Positions 54,526 through 64,000 of a DNA stretch of 64,000 nucleotides are shown here, piece after piece. The position numbers and the translations under genes were made by a program. How positions within the stretch are numbered: position 1 is the stretch's first letter; each line of letters opens with the position of its first letter. The DNA comes from the human T2T-CHM13v2.0 reference genome, Homo sapiens. The stretch is taken from the NCBI RefSeq assembly GCF_009914755.1, contig NC_060936.1. One strand, given 5' to 3'. The notes below the pieces were generated by a model that saw only the letters and a list, made by a program, of their open reading frames with translations, made no database searches and was not told the origin of the DNA.

Positions 54526-57500
54526 GCTGTCAGATACTCTCCTGCCACTGAGAAGTGTATGTCTCCTTGGTCATGTTGTTTTGGCTCAGTATTCTACATC
54601 TCACTGTCCACATCTGTGAAAAGGCATGTTTCTAATTATATTCTTCGGTGCAGAAATTCAATTTTATATATCACTTTTAGAAAAAAACAAAGAATTACAT
54701 ACTAAAATGGGAAAATTTGTTGGCATGACTTGTGATCCTTATTATTACAATAATTAACATTTTAAAATCATGTAAATATAAAGATGCTTATTTTAAAAAT
54801 AATTTTGTTTTCTACCTTTAAAATAAAATGTTATTCAAAAACCTTAAAAACTGAAGGGATTGGAACTTTTGTTCATTTAATTTACATTGTCATTAAATCT
54901 GGATGTCATGAATTAACTTCTAAATATATCAAGATCAATAATTGTACTGATAGTTCAATCAGTAACATAGTTACTTGTTTATTTAACTAACAGGTTTTTA
55001 TTTCTCTTGATTAAAGCACCTATTACATTTAAACTTCATTTTTTGAGAACATAAAATGATATGTTATGTATTTCACTCTTAGTTCTCCAAAATACTAGTT
55101 TTTGTTTTGTCCTATGTTAGTATATTAGATGAACTTGGTGAAGCCATCAGTCATCAGTCAAATGAAAGTCTTAAAAATTGACCTATCAAAACAGTTTTAC
55201 ATGCCTAATAGCTTATTGGTAGAAGTTAATGAGTGGCAAACTCATCTTAAAGGAGGAGTTATAAGTTTGCATACTTTATTAATTATATATCATTAAGAAG
55301 TTGTTTTTCTATACTTGCTGGGGTTTTTCATGTTATTAATCCTGGTTCTATTAAAGGAATAAGCATTTCCTCCCAGTGCCTGTTTTGTTACAAATATGTT
55401 AAACTGAACAAAGGGTCACTGTTAATAACCATTTGATAAAACGGTTGCATTTATTTTTTACTCAACATCATTTGCTTTCAGAGGACAAATAATCTACCTT
55501 CCATGATAATCAAGCAATTTGAAGAATGGGGAGGGGGAGGTGGGTAATAATTTTTTAAATCTTGTCTCTAAATTTAACAATAGTATGTTTCTATTGCAAT
55601 TTATCACAGAAATTTTCAGAAAACAATTTGACCAAATAACAGGTTGATGAATTAACAACTCTTGTGAGCTCATAGCCACAGAGGTTTACAGCCTGCCATT
55701 CTAAATTAAAAGCATACAAGACTGTCTTTGAAGATTTTCTTTACTGGTAAGTTGCCTAATCAAATTTTGCCACATCACTGGTATGTTTTTGTCATGTGTT
55801 TTGAAAAAAAAGTAAGAATTATTAAAAACTATATATAATGAATTTAGACAAATTATATTAAAATTAAAATTAAAACGTTTTATATAAAAAACTATAGTTC
55901 CTTACAACATAGTGCAAAATAACTTACCTATCTTTTAAAAAAAGCAAGTAAACTCAAAGTAAATCTTCGGGGAAAAAGTTAAAAATATTATTTATGGAAG
56001 TCAAGCATTTTTTTTTTGTCCAAAAAGCCCTAGGACAGAAGCATTACATTCCCACAATTTAAACCATTACCTATAAAAAAAAACTACTTTAAATAGCATA
56101 GTACTTTATGCATTAGTATGATTAGTATATATGAGTATTATTAGTAGTATTTTTTGCTATTTTTGGATAACAAAACCTATGAAAATATTGGTGACCAGTA
56201 AAATCTGGACATGTTTTAAGTGATGGAACAGTAACTTTAAAATCCTTCTGAAATTTATGATTAAAATGAACTATGTTTCTTAAAGGTATGATGGACTATA
56301 AGAAGAGACAAGACTTTAAAATGTTTGAGTTACTAAGATTCTGTTCTCTAATTCCAGTTTTTAAAGCTGTGCTGAAATAACATCATATCCATTCTATAGT
56401 CTGCAAGGAAACAAAAATAAACTAATGTAACCATATTCTATTTACTTAGACTGTATATGAGTGCATCCATGCTAAGATACTATTCATTAGGTAAATATTT
56501 GAAAAAATATATTAATTAAGATAGGGGAAAGTAATCTGATTATAATAATCTAAAACATCTTTAAAACCACTTGAGTTTCATAGAAATTAAAGTAAAGGCA
56601 TTTTCTAATTCCGTCAATAAGCAAAAAAGAAAAAGAAAAAAATTAGCATTCAGATCAATATATGCTAGCTACATGAGAAAATTATATCAATGCTTGCTGA
56701 AGAATAAAACTTTTCTATTAAATTATTTTTTTAGATTGTTTCAATTTGCTGGGCTTTTTGAATGGCTTTTCTGGTCCAACTTTTCTGAAACATTTCCCCT
56801 ACTTTACTGGAGTAAAGTTCAGCACATGTCTATCTTGAATGTACAGTAATACCCTTTACCTTGTCAAAAAAAAAAATCAATAGATTTGAATCTGTTAAAC
56901 TTGGGAGCAGCTGTTCTGAAAATGCAGCCTCTCTGCTATGGTGGAGATTTAAGGCTATCACACAAAAATAAAACAACTCCAGGTTAACTCAATGGAAAAT
57001 TGTGTGGGAACATCAGTGCAACAGTAAGCATTGTGACTCCATTATTTATTAAACATGTTTCTAGAAAAACCACTACTTAGGTGCAGAAGCCGGTGAACAC
57101 TACCAAGATCTATAAAGCATTTCTAACTACGGTGCTTTGCACTAATTTAGTCTCAAGAAAGACTCCAGGTTTCAATTCAATTCTGCAAATATTTGTTGAG
57201 CAAGAGCATTCAATATTTGTTGTACAAGTGAACCCAGCACTCTGCCAAATGTCCTGCTTTGACAAAAATCTGAAATCTATATTTAACCTTAGGCAAAACT
57301 TTTAACCTAGCTGGGGCTCAATTTCTTCATAAGTAAAATGAAGAGATTGCATTAAACAATATCTAAGATTTTAAAATTCTATGATTATGGGATTGGCTTG
57401 GACATAGTGATATCATATTATCCTTTGCTTTTAATCTTTGCCTTTACCTCACCAATAGGATAGACACAGTGAGGCTGCCCATTCCATTTGATGCAAGGTA

Positions 57501-57544
57501 CAGCAGTCATTAGAGGAAGGAGGGAACGTGCTCAGGGAGGCAGG

Positions 57545-57795
57545 CAAGCACTGTGGTGGAGAGCACGGCCTAGGGAGTGGGACTGTCTGGACTGGGGTTC
57601 TGCCCTTCTCAATCATATGATTTGGGACAGTTACTTTACCTCTTGGGGCTTCAGTGTCCTCATTCGTAAAATGGGGTTAATGTTTGTATTTACCTTATAG
57701 AGCTGTTGTAAAGATTAAATGAGTTAATGTACGTAAAGCACTTGGAACAGCGCCTAACACAAAGTACATATTCAACAGGACTAGCCATTATTATT
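57545..57795 (+). mobile_element. MIR (near full length)
   Basis: CTTCAGTGTCCTCATTCGTAAAATGGGG...GATTAAATGAGTTAATGTACGTAAAGCACTTGGAACAG. Confidence 0.85.
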
Positions 57796-60753
57796 CTGGT
57801 CCAAGGCACAGATGTCAATGGCCTAGTTCAAATCTAAGCACTAACATTGACTAGGACATCGCTTAGTTACTTTAATTAATAGTAGCCACCTCACATGATT
57901 ACTCACAGAATTATATATAAATGAATATCTATATGTCATCAGCAACAGTATCTGACATAAAACACATAAATTAATAAGCAGTGGAGCCAGGATTACATAT
58001 AACTACACTCTTTCCTAACACATAGCAACAGCCGGAACTCAAACATTGGGAAATGAGTTAAAAATGGATGCATGTACAGAAGTCTTCGGGCATTGGATTT
58101 TTATATATAACAGGTTTATAAATGTAATTGTAGTGAGTTTTTGCAAAATAAGTATTCAGAACAAGAATGTACAGCCTTTAATAACATGCAGAGTGTATAG
58201 TGAATGCTCAATAAATATTACCATTGATTGTTATTAAATCCTCTTTCTACAGAGCTGAAACAGTCTTCCTTGGCTTTAATTTAAAAGTTAACTTTAATAT
58301 GTAATAAAAGTATATTCAATAATGGAATAAATTTTTACATAATAAAGTTTAAGGAGAAAATAGTTTTCTCATGACATAGTTAAACCTATGTCACAAATAT
58401 GATACAGTAGCTTGAAGAATTACAGGAAAATTAACAATTATGGCTTAATAAAATCGGATTCATTGAAATGAAAGATATTCTGCTTCAGTTAAGTCCATTG
58501 AATCAAATGAATCCCTTGTAGTGTATAAAAGAATAACTGACAAGTGCTTTGGCTGCTAAGCTTCTCTGTACTCTTTGCAGAAACCACTAGTTTTTAAAAA
58601 GGAGTTCCCTTTCACTTAGCTAAAAATCGAAGTTACAAGTGCATCAAAATATTGTCTAAAGACACTGTTGCCCATGAATTGACACAAGGTGTAATGAAGG
58701 AGGATGTATGTCAAACCCCATTAGTAAATCCTTAGAGAATGTACATGCTATTGAATTAGGTTAATAATATATACAGTCAGTAATAAAGACTTTCTACAAA
58801 ATTATTTTGTAGAAAGATATTATGTGACATCTACACGAAAGAATTTGTATAACCAAATATGAATGCCGGTTAGGGCAAAATGTCAGGATAAATATTACAA
58901 CTTATGGTTGGAAGTAAGGCCCTGATAGTGTTAGACTCTATAGTTAGATGCACGATGCTCAAAGAGATAACAAAACAACCATTGACTCCAGCGGCTAACT
59001 TTTATTTTTTCGCCTCTCTGCATATGCTGCAACAAGTTCATTTGTGCAATATATAGCACATGCATAGTTAAAATTGGGAGTATTTCATCTGCATGTAACA
59101 TCTTTCCTTTCCCATTGGGAAGGACTAAAATGGATTAGAAGTGGCATTATTGGGGAGGATTTTTGCTTTCAGCTAAGGTGGAATAAAAGATATTGAATTT
59201 ACTCTCTTACTGGAAACTACTAACAACCCAGCAAAAAATAAAACATTTATGTTCAGGCATTGGACACCAAGTAATGCAGAACAATGATCCCCAACTTACA
59301 GCCTAGAGAGAGTTTTCATGATGCCATGAAGAGAGAGAAAACCCAAGTGGAGCTTAGAGCTCTCCCAGAGTTGAGGAGACAGAGGCAGGAGTATGGGGAA
59401 GGCAAGTTGGTTAGGGTTTTGAGGACAAAGTCCCAGAAAGGAGAAAATTGTAGAGAGTAAGAAAGCTCCAGTGATCTGCAGAGGGTCACCCTCCAGTCTT
59501 CAGCTCATTACTAATCAGCACATGTAAGAAGGAAATTCTTCAAATTTGTGGAGGCACCACCCAACAAAAAGGAGCAGGGGAACAACTCTTGGAACTTGCA
59601 AAGGCCCAGGAAAAGCTTGTCTTCCCAACAGCCAGTGTGGAAAATGTCGCAATTCACAGCACATCAGGAAATCAGAAGTGTATTGCCTTAATGGTGGGAC
59701 AGGATCAGCCCTAGACTATAGGCTATTCTGTTCCTGCCTAACAAAGCTTTAAAGCAAGGCTCAGAAGATTCAAACTAATTTTTTCTGGTTTTTAATTTTT
59801 AATTTTGGCTTTAACTTAATTATACATATTTATGGGGTACAGAGTGGTATTTCAATACATGTATATAAAATATAATAACCAGTTAGAGTAATTAGCTTAT
59901 CCATTTGTCATTTGTTTGGAGACACTCAAAATCCTTTCCTCTAGCTATTTAAAAATATACAATGTATTATCATTAACTATAGTCACCCTACAGTGCGATA
60001 AAACACTAGAATTTATTTATAAATAACTGAATCTCAGATGGAGACTCAGATAATATGTATAGGAATATAAAAATATCCAGTACCCCCAAAGGTAAAATTT
60101 ACTACCATGTCTAGCATTCAATAAAAAATTACCAGCAATGCAAATAAATGGAAATGATTCACAATGTGGATGAAAACCTACCAATAGAAACATATCCAGA
60201 AGTTGCACAAATGATATGATTATTAAGCAAGGGCATTACAACTGTTATTGTAACTATTTTATATAATTATAGACATTTTATGTGTTTAAGAAGCTAGAGG
60301 AAAGATTGAACATGTAAACAAGACCCAGATTGAAGTCCTAAAAATATCTGAGGTGAAAATAACATTTAATGAGATTAACAGCAAATTAGACACTCCACAA
60401 GAAAAGATGAGTAACCTGAAGACATAACAATTAAACATGTCCAAAATTAAAGAGAGGATAAAAGACTAGAAAACAAATGGACAGAGCATCAGAGAGGTGT
60501 GAGACAACTTCCAGTGGCCTAACATATGTGAAATTGGAGTCCCTCAATGAGAAGGGAAAGAAGAGGAACAGAAAAATATTTGAAAAATTATGGTCTAAAA
60601 TTCTCCAATTTTGATAAACACTATAAACTGATAGATCCAAGAAGGTCAATGCATGCTGAGTACAAGAAATAAGAAGAAAACTTTGCTAAGGTACACCGTA
60701 ATCAAATAGTTTAAAAGTGGTGATAAAAAGAAAATCTTAAAAGCAGCCAGAGG

Positions 60754-61077
60754 GGCTGGACACAGTGGCTCACCTATAATCTCAGCACTTTGGGAGGTTG
60801 AGGCGAGCACATGAGTTCAGGCCAGGAGTTCGAGACCAGCCTGGCCAACATGGTGAAACCCCATCTCTGCTAAAAATACAAAAGTTAGTTGGGCCTGGTG
60901 GCACATGCCTGTAGTCCCAGCTACTCAGGAGGCTAAGGCAGGAGAATCACTTGAACCCAGGAGGTGGAGGTTGCAGTGAGCCGAGATCACACCACTGCAC
61001 TTCAAACAGGTTGACAGAGTGAGACTCTGTCTCAAAATAAATAAATAAATAAAATAAAATAAAATAAACAAATAAAT
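60754..61077 (+). mobile_element. AluS
   Basis: Full dimer, (TAAA)n tail, TSD AAAAGCAGCCAGA. Confidence 0.93.
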
Positions 61078-61550
61078 AAAAGCAGCCAGAAGGGGAAAAT
61101 ACATTATGTACAGAGTGGGAAGAAAGATGAAAGACAACAGATTTCTTCTTGGAAACAATGTGAGCCAGAAGATAGTGAAACATCTTTAAACTATTGAAAG
61201 AAAAAAGAAATCCCATGAACATAAAATTCTATAGACAGCACAAATACATTTGAAAAAGGAAAGCAAAAGACATCCTTCGATATAGAAAACAATAAAATGA
61301 TTGATCATCAGCAGAAATGTCAACAGTGGTTCCTCCAGGAGAAGAAAAATGATATGAGATGGAAAGCTGCATTCAATTGATGAGCACAGGAAATGGTAAA
61401 TATATGAGTAAACATAAATGACATTTTTTCCTTTTGTTTTAAAAATCTCTTTAAAAGCTAATTGTTTAAAGCAAAAGTAGTAACAATGTATCGTAAGGGT
61501 TAAAACACATGCAGAAGTAACATGTAAGTATGCTGTTATATGATACTTAC

Positions 61551-61886
<336 letters not shown>

Positions 61887-62289
61887 CTATAAACCCTAAA
61901 GTCACAACTAAAAAATATAATGAAGTAGGGAGTCATACATAATAAGACAGCAAATGAGATAAAATGAGAAAAAAATAACATTATAGGTATAGCAAGTGTG
62001 AACTTTCACAGTCAAGAATTAGGTTTTCCAAAAATATGGTACTCTTGTCTGCTACTTAGCTCATGGGCCCATCTTACCTTTTCAAGGAACCTTAGCCACA
62101 TGTAACTTAAAATGCATACTCTTTTAAGCAAATTCAGTCCATCCAAGTCTTTTTCATTCCTTCTTCCCTGATGTGTCCCTGAATTAATCCTTGTTCCTGG
62201 GGATATTGTTCTGATGTTATTGAGAGCAAGTTCCTGAACCAGACCCTTGTGTCTGATGTTAACTCTATGTTAACTCTGTTATTACTTAT

Positions 62290-62590
62290 CTGCCACAGGC
62301 TGGTTGCTTAACCTTTTTATTTTTTGGTGCTTTTTCACCTGTAAAAAAGGGGGTAATAGCAGCTACTTTGAAGGATTACTGTGAAGAGTCAATAGATAAC
62401 ATATGTAGATGGTCCGAAGGTAGTGAGTTATCTCAATTGATTATTCAGTCAATTACAGATCAAACTCCTTGTCCTACTCTTTCCCCATTTTCACTACTGC
62501 ACTTGATGTCTTAACTTAAAAAAATAACATGTGAAAGCACTTAGTACAATGCTCTTTGCTTGTCAAGCCCTAAATGAGTGACATTTTTAT
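62290..62590 (+). mobile_element. MIR interrupted by a Y RNA copy
   Basis: TTTTCACCTGTAAAAAAGGGGGTAATAG before and GAAAGCACTTAGTACAATGC after the insert. Confidence 0.7.
62407..62512 (+). pseudogene. Y1 RNA (RNY1-derived) retropseudogene
   Basis: TGGTCCGAAGGTAGTGAGTTATCTCAATTGATT...CACTACTGCACTTGA matches hY1; short A tail; imperfect TSD ATAACAT(AT)GT. Confidence 0.95.
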
Positions 62591-62941
62591 TCTTATCTGT
62601 ATATAGTATTCTCTGCTCTGCTGCAGCCACATAACTGTTGATTTTGCCTTTCGTCTTCATGAGATGCCACCAGCTCAGTCAGTAACTGCACACTTCCTTT
62701 GTAGGTTTCAGAAATATTTTTGCAGTATTTACAGGCTGGGATGTTCCAGGATTCAGTGGCACAGACTTCCAGTCCAGCTTCCTGGACACTTCACTCCACC
62801 ACTGCTTCTCTATCGCTCTGTCAGAAACATCCACTCTTCCCAGGCCAAACTCTACAAAGCAGGATGGAAATTCTAACCATGTTTTTCTGGGCCACCAGGA
62901 CCTGACTTTCTAACTTTCAAACTAATATTTTCGATTGGAGC

Positions 62942-63088
62942 TTTTTATTTTTATTTTTTATTTATTTTATTTATTTTTTTTGAGACGGAGTCTTGCTCTG
63001 TCACCCAGCCTGGAGTGCAGTGGCACAATCTCATCTCACTGCAATCTCTGCCTCCTGGGACTACAGGCACCCACCACCACGCCCGGTT

Positions 63089-63120
<32 letters not shown>

Positions 63121-63247
63121 GTATTTTGTTGTAGAGATGGAGTTTCTCTGTGTTAGCGAGGCTAGTCTCGATCTCCTGACCTCGTGATCCACCTGCCTCG
63201 GCCTCCCAAAGTGCTGGGATTACAGGCGTGAGCCACTGCGCCCTGCT
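62942..63247 (-). mobile_element. Alu (Y/Sc-like) with right-arm deletion and expanded T linker
   Basis: TSD GATT(G/A)GAGCTTTTT (62933-62946, 63249-63262). Confidence 0.92.
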
Positions 63248-63431
63248 TGATTAGAGCTTTTTAAAACTTCTGTTTGGAAATTCAATTCTAACTAGCGACT
63301 TCTGTTACTGTAGCTATCCTGTACATGGCAGTCACTGTATGTGGCCAGTGACACTCTGCATACATGCTGAGGGCTATAATAGTGGTAAGAAGGGTGGCAG
63401 GAAGAAACCTAGTAATATGGTCAAGGACTGT

Positions 63432-63450
63432 CTGCTCCCTAGTGGCAGCA
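63432..63450 (-). promoter_or_regulatory. Candidate CTCF site
   Basis: Minus strand reads TGCTGCCACTAGGGAGCAG, close to the core consensus CCACYAGRKGGCRS. Motif match only. Confidence 0.6.
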
Positions 63451-64000
63451 GAAAAGTTAATCATTTACTTAACTTTAACTGTTACTAGCAACAGATTAAT
63501 TACGATGTATTGGAAAGTAATTGGTATCCACCATAGTGCCTTGTTGCCACAGTGAGCTGCTGCCTGTGACACTGGAGCTGCTTGTTACCAAACACAGGCA
63601 GAGATATGGAAACATCTGGAAGGTCCCTGAGGTACCATAGCTATTGAGGTGGCCCTGGTTATCTCTGGAAGCTGCAGCTGTCTCTTGATTCAGTCTAGAA
63701 AAACCGAAGTCCATGAGACAACAGGTTATCAGTTGAGTTTCGGCTCTGTTATGAACAACTCCATGGAACAATTTCTGAGTATTAGAGACGTAAACATCTT
63801 CCTGCATCTTCCTTTTATGGTGATTATCTCCTCTGCTAGTCCAGGAGCCTTTTGAGCAGTGGGACTTACTTACACCTTGACATTCCCTATAGACCCTCGC
63901 AGAATCTTAAAGGAAGCTGCTACAGACACCACCACCACTATATATGAAGAAACTATCCCAGACACTGCTCCAGGGGCTCCACAATCATAATTCTATTTAA

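Noticed and set aside
63364-63855. Short ORFs of 63-103 aa near the window end
   Set aside because: No homology I can recognise and no consistent splice frame.

Overview
Primate (very likely human or other ape) non-coding genomic DNA. It is AT-rich and dominated by transposable elements, and I cannot support any cellular protein-coding exon. From left to right: (1) a 5'-LTR HERV-H provirus (1-3885) with a deleted leader, a disrupted gag and an open pro-RT frame, cut off in pol with no env or 3' LTR; (2) L2, Tigger3a and MER85 relics; (3) a complete minus-strand MaLR (LTR-int-LTR, 6539-9428) with nested MER44A and a truncated AluY; (4) a complete minus-strand LOR1-like provirus (13325-21475); (5) a near full-length old L1PB-like element (~24590-31134) with a tailless U2 snRNA retrocopy inside ORF2; (6) a 5'-inverted L1PA4-like insertion with a 17-bp TSD (33867-38678); (7) many Alu, MIR, L2, MLT1 and old L1 fragments, a Y1 RNA retropseudogene (62407-62512) and a good CTCF motif (63432-63450). 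I found no evidence of a new multi-gene biological system. The most unusual details are a new Kozak-context ATG in front of the intact HERV-H RT frame, an ERV-L-gag-like segment inside the LOR1 internal region, a 63-bp locally templated insertion in a microsatellite, and the tailless U2 retrocopy. Repeat family names come from recalled consensus sequences, not from a database search, and boundaries of old elements are approximate.
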